Source of the DNA: Chitinophagaceae bacterium
GTDB lineage: Bacteria; Bacteroidota; Bacteroidia; Chitinophagales; Chitinophagaceae
DNA length: 64,000 bases
Direction of reading: 5' to 3'
Assembly: GCA_024643645.1 (NCBI GenBank)
Contig: JAHEMN010000003.1
Span: forward strand, 1,409 to 65,408
Shown: positions 17,774 through 27,672 of the stretch, in pieces
Layout of the letters: every line of letters starts with the position of its first letter
How positions within the stretch are numbered: position 1 is the stretch's first letter
The notes under the pieces: generated by a model
Databases searched by the model: none
Told to the model about the DNA's origin: nothing
What the model saw: the letters and a program-made list of their open reading frames with translations, nothing else
Made by a program: the position numbers and the translations under genes

Positions 17774-19006
17774 ATGAAGTTTATTGCAATAATAATAATC
17801 CTGGCCTTCTCAGTCTCGTCATTTGGTAATACAATTACTGTAGGTAAAGATAAATCGATAACCAGTATTTCAAAAGGGGTTGCATTAGCCAAAAATGGAG
17901 ATACTGTAAAAGTGTATCCAGGTTTTTACCGTGAAGGAAGAATCACTGTTACTAAGCAAATTACTTTAATTGGAATAAATTTTCCGGTGATTGATGGACA
18001 AAAAAAATTTGAAAATTTAGTTGTTAGCGGTAGTAATATCAAGATAATGGGTTTTCATTTTATAGATTCCAAACATTCCAGCTCTGAAGATTATTCTGCA
18101 ATCAATATTATTGATGCCACAAATATTATAATTGAGAATAACAAAATCACTAATGCACATTTCGGTATTCATATTGCAAACAGTACATTTTGTACAGTAA
18201 AAGGGAATGATATAGTCGGGCAAGCTGTTTCAGAACAAAGTGCAGGCAATGGTATACATATCTGGAAATCATCACATGCATTTATTACCAATAACCATAT
18301 TCAGGGTCATCGTGATGGTATATACTTCGAATTTGTAACAGATTCCGAAATCAGAAATAACAAGAGTGAAAACAATATCCGTTATGGTTTGCATTTTATG
18401 TTTTCACATAATAATTACTATGCATATAACACATTTAGGAAAAACGGAGCCGGAGTTGCAGTTATGTACACCCATCATGTAAGAATGGAACATAATATTT
18501 TTGAACAAAACTGGGGAACTGCTTCTTATGCCATTCTATTAAAGGATATTACAGATAGCTGGATAATCAATAATCAATTTATCTCTAATACAATCGGCAT
18601 ATTCATGGAAGGTTGTAATAGAATTGATGTTAAGAAGAATATATTTAGTAAAAATGGCTGGGCAATGAAAGTTCAGGCAAACTGTGTAGACAACGTAATT
18701 ACAAATAATAATTTCAAAAGTAACACATTTGATATTTCAACTAATGGAACAATGGTTTCAAGCAGTTTTGAGTACAACTATTGGGATAAATACGAAGGCT
18801 ATGATCTAAATAAAGACGGAATCGGGGATATCACTTATCATCCTGTTAGTATGTATTCAATGATCATCGAGCAAAATCCAAATGCTTTGATACTTTTACG
18901 AAGTTTTATGGTAACGCTTTTGGACAAAGCAGAAAAAGCACTACCCACTTTAACCCCTGAAAACCTGGTAGACAGAAAACCAAAGATGAAACCCTTTCAA
19001 TTATGA
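17774..19006 (+). CDS. nosD: NosD periplasmic copper-insertion protein
   Basis: Beta-helix repeats, GNGIHIW, RYGLHFMFS, NYWDKY, DGIGD. Confidence 0.95.
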   Translation: MKFIAIIIILAFSVSSFGNTITVGKDKSITSISKGVALAKNGDTVKVYPGFYREGRITVTKQITLIGINFPVIDGQKKFENLVVSGSNIKIMGFHFIDSKHSSSEDYSAINIIDATNIIIENNKITNAHFGIHIANSTFCTVKGNDIVGQAVSEQSAGNGIHIWKSSHAFITNNHIQGHRDGIYFEFVTDSEIRNNKSENNIRYGLHFMFSHNNYYAYNTFRKNGAGVAVMYTHHVRMEHNIFEQNWGTASYAILLKDITDSWIINNQFISNTIGIFMEGCNRIDVKKNIFSKNGWAMKVQANCVDNVITNNNFKSNTFDISTNGTMVSSSFEYNYWDKYEGYDLNKDGIGDITYHPVSMYSMIIEQNPNALILLRSFMVTLLDKAEKALPTLTPENLVDRKPKMKPFQL

Positions 19007-19746
19007 TCAGAATAGAAAATATTAATAAGCGGTTTAAAAAGCTAAAAGCACTGGATAATATTTCTGCCTCATTTGAAAAAGGTCAGGTAATCTCTTTGAT
19101 TGGGCCAAACGGATCTGGAAAAACTACTTTGATTAAATCAATTCTAGGAATGGTAAAGCCAGATAGTGGTAAAATATATTTTAACAATGAACATATAAAT
19201 GGAGGATTTAGTTATCGGAAAGATATCGGCTATATGCCTCAAATCGGTCGCTATCCTGACAATATGAAAGTTGGCCAGCTATTTAGCATGTTGAAAAATA
19301 TCCGTAATGAACCAGATGAAAATCTCGATAATGAATTAATACGGGAATTTAATCTTTGTACCATTTTTGAAAAACCGATGCGCACCTTATCAGGTGGCAC
19401 CAGGCAAAAAGTAAGTGCTGCAATTGCATTTTTATTTAATCCATCTGTACTTATTCTTGATGAACCAACAGCTGGACTTGACCCCTTATCATCTGAAATC
19501 TTAAAAGAAAAAATTATCAGGGAGAAAGGAAAGGGAAAACTAATTCTTATTACATCACATATACTCAGTGATCTTGATGAACTTACAACTCATGTTATGT
19601 ATATACAAGAAGGTAAAATACAATTTTTGAAAAACATTGAAACACTAAGAGAAGATACCGGAGAAATAAAACTTGGCAAAGCTATTGCAAGGATTATGAA
19701 AGGCGAAGACCCAACAGGTAATTTCATTTCTGAATTTCTGAAATAA
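19003..19746 (+). CDS. nosF: NosF ABC ATPase
   Basis: GPNGSGKTT, LSGG, ILDEPTAGLD; overlaps nosD stop. Confidence 0.92.
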   Translation: MIRIENINKRFKKLKALDNISASFEKGQVISLIGPNGSGKTTLIKSILGMVKPDSGKIYFNNEHINGGFSYRKDIGYMPQIGRYPDNMKVGQLFSMLKNIRNEPDENLDNELIREFNLCTIFEKPMRTLSGGTRQKVSAAIAFLFNPSVLILDEPTAGLDPLSSEILKEKIIREKGKGKLILITSHILSDLDELTTHVMYIQEGKIQFLKNIETLREDTGEIKLGKAIARIMKGEDPTGNFISEFLK

Positions 19747-19762
19747 AATAATTAATTAAGCA

Positions 19763-20530
19763 ATGATGAAACTCCCACGATACGTATTGTATGATATTCT
19801 AAGAAGCAAAATAATTATTGCATATACCTTATTTCTCTTCATTGTTTCTCTCAGTATGTTTCAGATGGAAGAAGATAGCAGTAAAGCCATGCTAAGCCTG
19901 ATGAATATCATTCTAATCGTTTTGCCATTGGTGAGTTTGATATTTACTACAATTCATTATTACAATTCCTATGAATTTATTGAATTAATGCTTTCACAAC
20001 CATTGAGCAGAAAAAGAATTCTTTTAAGTGAGTTTGCCGGAGTTGCTTTATCATTATTGTCTTCGTTCATGATCGGGGTGGGTATACCCGTATTACTTTA
20101 TTCAGCTTCAGAAACAGGCTTTGCACTTTTATTTACAGGAGCATCTCTAACATTGGTATTTACATCAATTGCATTTCTTGCTTCTGTAATATCCAGAGAC
20201 AAAGCAAAAGGCATAGGCTTTGCTTTGTTGCTGTGGTTCTATTTTACATTAATATATGACGGACTAGTTCTTTTAATACTATTTTCTTTCAGCGATTATC
20301 CTTTGGAAAAATTCACTCTTTTGCTATCTGCATTAAATCCTGTTGATCTTGGCCGGATATTTATTATGCTTAAAATGGATGTAAGTGCTCTAATGGGATA
20401 TACTGGTGCATTATATAAAGATTTTTTTGGAAGTGGCGCCGGTTTACTTTATACCATTGGCATTATGACTCTATGGATTATTATTCCATTATGGATTGCA
20501 GTAAGGAAATTCAATAAAAAAGATTTATAA
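19763..20530 (+). CDS. nosY: NosY ABC permease
   Basis: Multiple hydrophobic helices, LNPVDL motif, follows nosF. Confidence 0.88.
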   Translation: MMKLPRYVLYDILRSKIIIAYTLFLFIVSLSMFQMEEDSSKAMLSLMNIILIVLPLVSLIFTTIHYYNSYEFIELMLSQPLSRKRILLSEFAGVALSLLSSFMIGVGIPVLLYSASETGFALLFTGASLTLVFTSIAFLASVISRDKAKGIGFALLLWFYFTLIYDGLVLLILFSFSDYPLEKFTLLLSALNPVDLGRIFIMLKMDVSALMGYTGALYKDFFGSGAGLLYTIGIMTLWIIIPLWIAVRKFNKKDL

Positions 20531-20559
20531 ATATTTTATCTCATTATAATTAAATTATC

Positions 20560-21297
20560 ATGGACTCAATTATTAATAAAAGCCTTGCTCAGATTGTAAA
20601 CAGCAATTATAAGGCCGCTAATGTATTTGAAAAATTTCATCTTGATTTTTGTTGCAAAGGGAAAAGAACTTTGCTACAAGCTTGCCAGGAAAGCAATTTG
20701 CAAGTTGATGATGTGATTGCTGAACTGGAAAAAAATAATTTGACTGATTCACTTACAACGAAAGTTAACTTTCATGAAATGACATTAGCCCAGTTAACAG
20801 ATTATATCATTTCAACACACCATCAGTATGTAAAAAATGAAATGCCGGTATTATTGAATTATCTTGAAAAAATTGCAGATAAGCATGGCGAACGACATCC
20901 TGAAATGAAAAAAGTTTTTCAATTATTTGCTGCGATTAAAGAAGAATTAGAACACCACATGCAAAAAGAAGAATTAGTGTTATTCCCAAGAATAATTGAT
21001 ATAGAAAATCGGTTAAATGAAGGAAATGAAATCATCATCAATAGCTCATATTTATTATCACCAATGAGTATGATGGAAAAAGAACATGACCATGCCGGTT
21101 CTATGCTTGCCGAGATCAGGGATCTTACAAACAATTTTAATCCTCCGGATGATGCATGTACAACTTATAAACTTAGTTTTGCATCACTTCATGCATTTGA
21201 GTTGGATTTACATCAACATGTTCATCTGGAAAACAACATATTATTTCCAAATGCTTTGAAACTATTTTTACCACAAGTTGAAAATTCGATGAATTAA
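20560..21297 (+). CDS. ric: Iron-sulfur cluster repair di-iron protein
   Basis: DFCCKG; HH, HMQKEE, EH and HVHLENNILFP: full ligand set. Confidence 0.93.
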   Translation: MDSIINKSLAQIVNSNYKAANVFEKFHLDFCCKGKRTLLQACQESNLQVDDVIAELEKNNLTDSLTTKVNFHEMTLAQLTDYIISTHHQYVKNEMPVLLNYLEKIADKHGERHPEMKKVFQLFAAIKEELEHHMQKEELVLFPRIIDIENRLNEGNEIIINSSYLLSPMSMMEKEHDHAGSMLAEIRDLTNNFNPPDDACTTYKLSFASLHAFELDLHQHVHLENNILFPNALKLFLPQVENSMN

Positions 21298-21351
21298 ATT
21301 TTCAATATATATTGAAACAACTTTTAATTTATGGCTGCTTACGCTTATTTG

Positions 21352-21416
21352 TGATAATAATCAGTTTGGCTATTGAAATTACTCATATCCATCCTTATAT
21401 GCCGGCTCTATTTTAG
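21352..21416 (+). promoter_or_regulatory. Tandem Crp/Fnr-like boxes plus -7 element upstream of ccoI (P5)
   Basis: TGAT-AATA-ATCA at 21352, TGAA-ATTA-CTCA at 21374, TATTTTAG at 21409. Confidence 0.78.
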
Positions 21417-21436
21417 CCGCTTATATTCCGCTTTTT

Positions 21437-23830
21437 ATGCCTGATTCAGCCACTATTCAACAACTTAATTGCTACCATTGCGGCGAAGTATGTATGAATG
21501 ATTCAATTAATTCATCTGATAAAATATTTTGCTGTGAGGGATGTAAGATGGTATTCCATATTCTGAATGAGACTGATTTATGTGATTATTATGCTCTTAA
21601 TAAAAACCCTGGGATCAGTCAACGGATAAAAGTAAGAAATGATAAGTTCGCATTTCTTGATAATGAAAAGATCCAGAATCAAATTATTAGCTTTAAGGAT
21701 GATGAACAAATGCATGTTACCTTCTATTTACCACAAATGCATTGCAGCTCCTGTTTGTATTTACTTGAAAACCTATACCGCATCAACCCGGGAATACTTT
21801 CCAGCAAAGTAAATTTTACACGGAAGGAAGCAGACATTGTATTAATTACTTCAAAAACAAATCTTCGTGCAGTTGCTGAAACGTTGACTAGTATTGGATA
21901 TGAGCCGTATATCAGTTTGAATGACTTGAAAGAAAAAAGACCTGCTATTAATAAAAGTATGGTTTATCAGTTGGGAATTGCCGGCTTTTGTTTCGGTAAT
22001 ATCATGTTGATGAGTTTTCCGGAATATCTTGGTATTGATGCAAGCGATACAGCACTAAGAACCATTTTTCGTTGGATGAATTTTGGTTTAGCGATTCCAG
22101 TTTTATTATATTCAGCACTCCCCTTTTATACATCCTCATGGAAAAGCCTGAAACATAAATTCCTGAATATAGATGCGCCAATAGCTTTGGCAATCATTAT
22201 AACCTTTATAAGAAGTGCTTATGAAGTAATAAGCGGAACAGGTGGCGGGTATTTTGATTCCATGACAGGCATCGTTTTTTTTATGTTGGCAGGCCGAATA
22301 TTACAGGATAAAACTTATCGCCAACTGTCTTTTGAAAGAGATTATACTTCTTATTTTCCAATCGCCATTTCAATAATTAAGGAAGAAAAAGAAATTACAA
22401 AAACCTTACCTGAAATAAAACCCGGCGACACCTTACTTATCCATAACGAAGAGTTAATACCAGCAGATGGAATATTGACAAAAGGCAAAGCATTTATTGA
22501 TTACAGTTTTGTTACCGGTGAATCATTACCCGTTTTAAAAGAGGTTGGTGAACTGATCTATGCAGGCGGCAAACAAACTGAAAGTAATATTGAAATGTTA
22601 GTAGTAAAAGAAGTTGCACAAAGTTATTTGACCAAACTTTGGAACAGAAGTGAATTTAAAAAAGAGGATAAAGAGAAAAATACATCATTTGTTCATCTGC
22701 TCAGCCGGTATTTCACCTATATAGTATTAACCATAGCAACCGCCACTGCTGTTTATTGGCAGATCAACGACTCTTCAAAAATGTGGGCAGCAGTTACAGC
22801 AGTATTTATCATTGCATGCCCTTGTGCATTATTGCTATCAAATTCTTTTACAAACGGAAATATTCTCAGAATACTCAGTAGAAACCAATTCTTTTTAAAG
22901 AATGCTGAAACAATTGAAGAGATCGCAAAAGTTTCACATATTGTATTTGATAAAACAGGCACACTTACTACTTCTCAGAAGCAGGATATTAAATATGAAG
23001 GAAATATATTGACTACATTTCAAAAGCAACAAATTGCTTCATTGGCTGCCAACTCTACTCACCCATTAAGCAAAGCCTTGGCTAAATATCTCTCTTATGA
23101 AAAAAATAGCAGGGTTGCTGGATTTAAAGAGACCATTGGCCAGGGTATAGAAGGAATTGTCAATGAAGATTTAATAAAACTTGGGTCTTATCAATTTGTA
23201 TCAGGAAAAAATGATCATCAACCCGGCACTAAAATTTTTATATCTATAGAAAATAAATTACTTGGCCACTTTCATTTCAGTAATCATTACAGAGAAGAGA
23301 TTCCGGCATTAATAAAGAAATTAAAAGATAATTACCGCCTTTCAGTAATATCAGGTGATAATGAAACCGAAAAGGAAAATCTGCATCAGTTATTAGGCAA
23401 AAAAACAGTAGTTCTTTTTCATCAGCAACCGGAAGACAAGTTGCAATACATAAAACATTTACAGGAACAATCGGGCAAGGTAATGATGATTGGGGATGGT
23501 TTGAATGATGCCGGAGCATTAAAACAAAGTGATATAGGAATTGCAGTTGCAGAAAAAACCAATAATTTCACTCCTTCCAGCGATGCTATTATTGAAGCCA
23601 AACAACTTTCAAGACTTCCACGTTTCATTGAGCTTTGCAGAGCCAATAGAAATATTGTTATAGCAAGCTTTGTATTATCGATCGTATATAACATTATTGG
23701 ATTGTTTTTTGCAGTTCAAGGCACACTTTCTCCACTTATAGCTGCCATTTTGATGCCCAGCAGTTCTCTCAGCATTCTTCTTATCACCTTTGGAACTAGT
23801 AATATTCTGGCAAAATGGCTAAAACTATAA
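21437..23830 (+). CDS. ccoI: P1B-type copper ATPase for cbb3 assembly (CcoI/FixI)
   Basis: CYHC...CCEGC, CSSC, TGES, CPC, DKTGT, GDGLND. Confidence 0.92.
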   Translation: MPDSATIQQLNCYHCGEVCMNDSINSSDKIFCCEGCKMVFHILNETDLCDYYALNKNPGISQRIKVRNDKFAFLDNEKIQNQIISFKDDEQMHVTFYLPQMHCSSCLYLLENLYRINPGILSSKVNFTRKEADIVLITSKTNLRAVAETLTSIGYEPYISLNDLKEKRPAINKSMVYQLGIAGFCFGNIMLMSFPEYLGIDASDTALRTIFRWMNFGLAIPVLLYSALPFYTSSWKSLKHKFLNIDAPIALAIIITFIRSAYEVISGTGGGYFDSMTGIVFFMLAGRILQDKTYRQLSFERDYTSYFPIAISIIKEEKEITKTLPEIKPGDTLLIHNEELIPADGILTKGKAFIDYSFVTGESLPVLKEVGELIYAGGKQTESNIEMLVVKEVAQSYLTKLWNRSEFKKEDKEKNTSFVHLLSRYFTYIVLTIATATAVYWQINDSSKMWAAVTAVFIIACPCALLLSNSFTNGNILRILSRNQFFLKNAETIEEIAKVSHIVFDKTGTLTTSQKQDIKYEGNILTTFQKQQIASLAANSTHPLSKALAKYLSYEKNSRVAGFKETIGQGIEGIVNEDLIKLGSYQFVSGKNDHQPGTKIFISIENKLLGHFHFSNHYREEIPALIKKLKDNYRLSVISGDNETEKENLHQLLGKKTVVLFHQQPEDKLQYIKHLQEQSGKVMMIGDGLNDAGALKQSDIGIAVAEKTNNFTPSSDAIIEAKQLSRLPRFIELCRANRNIVIASFVLSIVYNIIGLFFAVQGTLSPLIAAILMPSSSLSILLITFGTSNILAKWLKL

Positions 23831-23856
23831 GCCTGTAGTTTACAGCTCCCTCAAGC

Positions 23857-23921
23857 TGATAAAAATCAGTTTTTCCCCTGATACTGCTTATACTAACCCG
23901 GAAGAGGTAAAAATACTTTTA
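23857..23921 (+). promoter_or_regulatory. Tandem Crp/Fnr-like boxes plus -7 element upstream of ccoS-ccoNO (P6)
   Basis: TGAT-AAAA-ATCA at 23857, TGAT-ACTG-CTTA at 23879, TACTTTTA at 23914. Confidence 0.75.
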
Positions 23922-23939
23922 CTGCTATAATATATCAGA

Positions 23940-24107
23940 ATGAGTGTAATTATTATCCTACTGGTTGCCAGCATCTCAGTAGCAGCTATTTTTTTAGTTG
24001 CCTTTCTTTGGGGTGTTAGATCCGGCCAGTTCGAAGACGATTACTCCCCTTCTTCCCGAATTCTTTTTGACGATAAGCCTTCTTCATCAACCAAAACAAA
24101 TAAATAA
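23940..24107 (+). CDS. ccoS: cbb3 oxidase assembly protein CcoS (55 aa, absent from ORF track)
   Basis: Hand translation MSVIIILLVASISVAAIFLVAFLWGVRSGQFEDDYSPSSRILFDD. Confidence 0.9.
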   Translation: MSVIIILLVASISVAAIFLVAFLWGVRSGQFEDDYSPSSRILFDDKPSSSTKTNK

Positions 24108-24115
24108 TCTCTGTT

Positions 24116-26272
24116 ATGCAAGAAACAAATCAAGGCATGCAAATTGAAAAATTTTATTACGATAATAAAATTGTAAAAGCCTTTGGATATGCTACTGTCA
24201 TTTTTGGTATTGTTGGCATGATAGTAGGTTTATGGGTAGCTATCCAGTTCTATTATCCCGATAGCAGCCTCAATTTTGCAGCTACTACATTTGGGCGTTT
24301 AAGACCATTGCATACCAATGCTATCATTTTTGCATTTGTAGGTAATGCTTCATTTGCCGGTATTTATTATTCTTTACAGCGTTTGTGTAAAGCAAGAATG
24401 TTCAGTGACAAACTGGGCTGGGTACATTTCTGGGGCTGGCAATTAATTATTGTTGGTGCCGCTATCACCTTGCCATTAGGGCTTAATAATGGTGCTGAAT
24501 ATGCAGAGTTGATCTGGCCAATTGACATCGCAATTGCATTAGTATGGGTCATATTCGGTATCAATATGTTTGGCACAATTCTAAAAAGAAGAGAAAAACA
24601 TTTATACGTTGCAATATGGTTTTATATTGCTACCTGGGTTACCGTTGCTTTATTACATATTGTCCGCTCTGTAGAATTACCTTATTCACTCACTGGTAGT
24701 TATAGTTGGTATGCCGGTGTACAAGATGCATTGGTACAATGGTGGTATGGTCATAATGCTGTAGCATTTTTCCTTACTACACCTGTTTTAGGATTGATGT
24801 ATTATTTCCTTCCTAAAGCTGCAAACAGACCCGTTTATTCATATCGTCTTTCTATTATTCACTTTTGGGCGTTGATATTTATTTACATATGGGCTGGCCC
24901 TCACCATTTACTATATACAGCTTTACCTGACTGGGCACAATCACTTGGTGTTGTATTTTCTATTATGTTGATTGCCCCTAGCTGGGGTGGAATGCTGAAT
25001 GGATTATTTACACTACGTGGCGCATGGGACAAAGTAAGAGAAGATCCTGTTTTAAAATTTATGGTAGTAGCCATTACCTGTTATGGCATGAGTACTTTAG
25101 AAGGTCCCCTTATGAGTTTGAAAAGTGTAAATGCTGTGGCTCACTTTAGCGACTGGATCGTAGCACATGTTCATATCGGCGGTTTGGGATGGAATGGCTT
25201 CATGGCATTCTCTATACTATATTATATGATTCCTAAAATGTGGGGTACTAATTTATATTCAAAAAAATTAGCTACTAATCACTTTTGGCTGGGCACAATA
25301 GGAATTATTATCTATGCAGTTCCATTGTATTGGGCAGGATTTGAACAAAGTATTATGTGGAAACAGTTTACTCCCGAAGGACAATTGAAATTCGACTTCC
25401 TGCAAACTGTTACCAATATTCGACCTATGTATATAGCCCGGAGTATTGGTGGCACATTATACCTGATTGGTGCTTTCATAATGACATATAACCTTTATAA
25501 GACTATAAGACAGGGTAAATTCATAGCAAATGAAGCAGCTGAAGCTGCGCCATTAATTAAAGAGGTATCTAAGAAAAAAGAATACTGGCACAGGGTAATT
25601 GAAAGAAAACCATTGACCATGTTGGTCTTAAGTCTTGTATTAGTGGCAATAGGTGGATTAGTACAAATGATTCCGACATTCCTTGTAAAATCAAATGTGC
25701 CGACACTGGCCAGTGTAAAGCCTTATACACCTTTGGAATTGCAAGGCAGGGATATATATGTACGGGAAGGATGTTACACTTGTCATTCCCAAATGATAAG
25801 ACCATTTAGGGATGAAGTAGCCCGCTATGGAGAATACTCAAAAGCAGGTGAGTTTGTTTACGATCATCCTTTCCAATGGGGAAGCAAACGGACTGGCCCG
25901 GATTTGGCAAGAGAAGGAGCAAATAAAAATAAAAGACCAGACTCCTGGCATTTCAATCATATGTATGATCCAACATCTACATCTCCAGGATCACTAATGC
26001 CAAGATATATCTGGTTACTTGATAATAAACTGGATACAAATTCAACACCTGCAAAAATAAGAGCTATGCAAACCTTAGGGGTTCCGTATCCGGAAGGATA
26101 TGACAAAATAGCTAATCAGAAACTGATGGAGCAAGCAGAGGCAATTACTGCCAATCTAAAAAAAGAAAAAATAGAAACAGCATCAGACGCTGAGATCATT
26201 GCTGTTATCGCTTACTTACAACGATTAGGAAAGGATATAGAGAATGAACCCAAACCTATTACAAAACAATAA
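24116..26272 (+). CDS. ccoNO: Fused cbb3 cytochrome c oxidase subunits I and II
   Basis: LRPLHTN, WWYGHN, WAGPHH, HVHIG; C-terminal CYTCH and WGSKRTGPDL. Confidence 0.97.
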   Translation: MQETNQGMQIEKFYYDNKIVKAFGYATVIFGIVGMIVGLWVAIQFYYPDSSLNFAATTFGRLRPLHTNAIIFAFVGNASFAGIYYSLQRLCKARMFSDKLGWVHFWGWQLIIVGAAITLPLGLNNGAEYAELIWPIDIAIALVWVIFGINMFGTILKRREKHLYVAIWFYIATWVTVALLHIVRSVELPYSLTGSYSWYAGVQDALVQWWYGHNAVAFFLTTPVLGLMYYFLPKAANRPVYSYRLSIIHFWALIFIYIWAGPHHLLYTALPDWAQSLGVVFSIMLIAPSWGGMLNGLFTLRGAWDKVREDPVLKFMVVAITCYGMSTLEGPLMSLKSVNAVAHFSDWIVAHVHIGGLGWNGFMAFSILYYMIPKMWGTNLYSKKLATNHFWLGTIGIIIYAVPLYWAGFEQSIMWKQFTPEGQLKFDFLQTVTNIRPMYIARSIGGTLYLIGAFIMTYNLYKTIRQGKFIANEAAEAAPLIKEVSKKKEYWHRVIERKPLTMLVLSLVLVAIGGLVQMIPTFLVKSNVPTLASVKPYTPLELQGRDIYVREGCYTCHSQMIRPFRDEVARYGEYSKAGEFVYDHPFQWGSKRTGPDLAREGANKNKRPDSWHFNHMYDPTSTSPGSLMPRYIWLLDNKLDTNSTPAKIRAMQTLGVPYPEGYDKIANQKLMEQAEAITANLKKEKIETASDAEIIAVIAYLQRLGKDIENEPKPITKQ

Positions 26273-26287
26273 TAAAATCAACCTATA

Positions 26288-26467
26288 ATGAAATTTATTA
26301 ATTATATCGAAAAAGTAAGTGGGGTTGATATCATGGGTTTACTATCCCTTTTGATCTTCTTTTTATTTTTTGTAGTAATGCTCATTTGGGTGTTTAAAAC
26401 AAAGAAAAAAGATTTTAATGATGTAAGCCGTATACCATTAGATAATCAGAATTCAACTAACCTGTAA
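26288..26467 (+). CDS. ccoQ: cbb3 oxidase subunit CcoQ (59 aa, absent from ORF track)
   Basis: Hand translation MKFINYIEKVSGVDIMGLLSLLIFFLFFVVMLIWVF...IPLD; stop overlaps ccoP start (TAATG). Confidence 0.88.
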   Translation: MKFINYIEKVSGVDIMGLLSLLIFFLFFVVMLIWVFKTKKKDFNDVSRIPLDNQNSTNL

Positions 26468-27648
26468 TGTTTATACATATGCGAAAGATATCAAAATACA
26501 TATTCAGCTTGTTGTTCATATTTTTTGTAGCAACGATACAGTCTGCCTGGGCTGATGGGCCTCCTGCGCCTTCAATCATAGATAATTCACTTGCAATAAT
26601 GCTCTTTATTTTAATGTTGCTATTAATGATTGTGATTGGCATACTTGGAAATATCTTAATTGGCGTTGCAGATATCAATGCAAAAAAGAGAAAAAATGAA
26701 AAGAAAATAAGTAACACAGTTATCAGTGGAATATTGCTAATTATGTTGATGATATCTCCTGAAATTTTTGCACAAAATGTAATAGCAGAAACTGCAGTAA
26801 AGAAATCGAGTACAATTGGTGGAATGGATGCCTCTGCATTTTACATAATGATCATTGTCATATTCGCTGAGCTATTAATAATTCTTGCCTTACTTGTCAA
26901 TATCAAACTATTGATCAGAAAAGAAAAATTAAAAATAGTTGCTGAAGAAGAGACTGCTGTAGTAAAAGAAGAAAAAGCCAATAGACTCAGTTGGTGGGAC
27001 AGATTCAACAGACTACGCCCGGTTACGGAAGAAGCAGAATTGGATCTTGGACATGAATATGATGGAATAAGGGAATTAAATAACAGACTTCCACCATGGT
27101 GGTTATACGGCTTTTACCTTTGTATTATTTTTGCAATAGTTTATATGTGGCGTTTTCATGTATCTCATTCGGGACCTTCCAGTGCACAGGAATATGAAAA
27201 TTCAGTAGCAAAAGCAGAAATAAGAATTCAAAATTACCTCAAATTGAAAGGAGAATTGGTTGATGAAAACACAGTAACATTACTTACCAGTGAAGAAGAT
27301 CTTGCCGCAGGTAAAGCGATTTTTATGAATCCATCAAATTGCCCTGCGTGTCATAATGCTGATGGTGGAGGAAATGCAGTGGGACCAAACCTTACCGATG
27401 ACTATTGGCTTTATGGAGGCAGTGTAAAAGATATTTTCAAAACCATCAAGTATGGAACGAACAAAGGAATGAGAAGCTGGAAAGATGATTTATCAGCCAA
27501 ACAAATAGCACAGGTTTCCAGTTATGTAAAATCACTTCAGGGAACAAAGCCTGCTAATCCAAAAGAGGCTCAAGGAGAATTGTACAAGGAAGAGTTAACT
27601 CCTGCACCTGTTAAAGATTCAACAATTGTAGCGCCTGAAACAAAATAG
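26467..27648 (+). CDS. ccoP: cbb3 oxidase subunit III with long hydrophobic N-terminus
   Basis: HEYDGIRELNNRLPPWW, single CPACH heme motif, GPNLTD. Confidence 0.93.
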   Translation: MFIHMRKISKYIFSLLFIFFVATIQSAWADGPPAPSIIDNSLAIMLFILMLLLMIVIGILGNILIGVADINAKKRKNEKKISNTVISGILLIMLMISPEIFAQNVIAETAVKKSSTIGGMDASAFYIMIIVIFAELLIILALLVNIKLLIRKEKLKIVAEEETAVVKEEKANRLSWWDRFNRLRPVTEEAELDLGHEYDGIRELNNRLPPWWLYGFYLCIIFAIVYMWRFHVSHSGPSSAQEYENSVAKAEIRIQNYLKLKGELVDENTVTLLTSEEDLAAGKAIFMNPSNCPACHNADGGGNAVGPNLTDDYWLYGGSVKDIFKTIKYGTNKGMRSWKDDLSAKQIAQVSSYVKSLQGTKPANPKEAQGELYKEELTPAPVKDSTIVAPETK

Positions 27649-27672
27649 GCAATTAAGAGATGAAAAGAAAAA

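Noticed and set aside
21300-21317. 18-bp AT-only-core palindrome TTTCAATATATATTGAAA after ric
   Set aside because: Low complexity and single occurrence; could be a weak hairpin or chance
24116-27648. ccoN-ccoO fusion and monoheme CcoP
   Set aside because: Known features of Bacteroidota cbb3 oxidases
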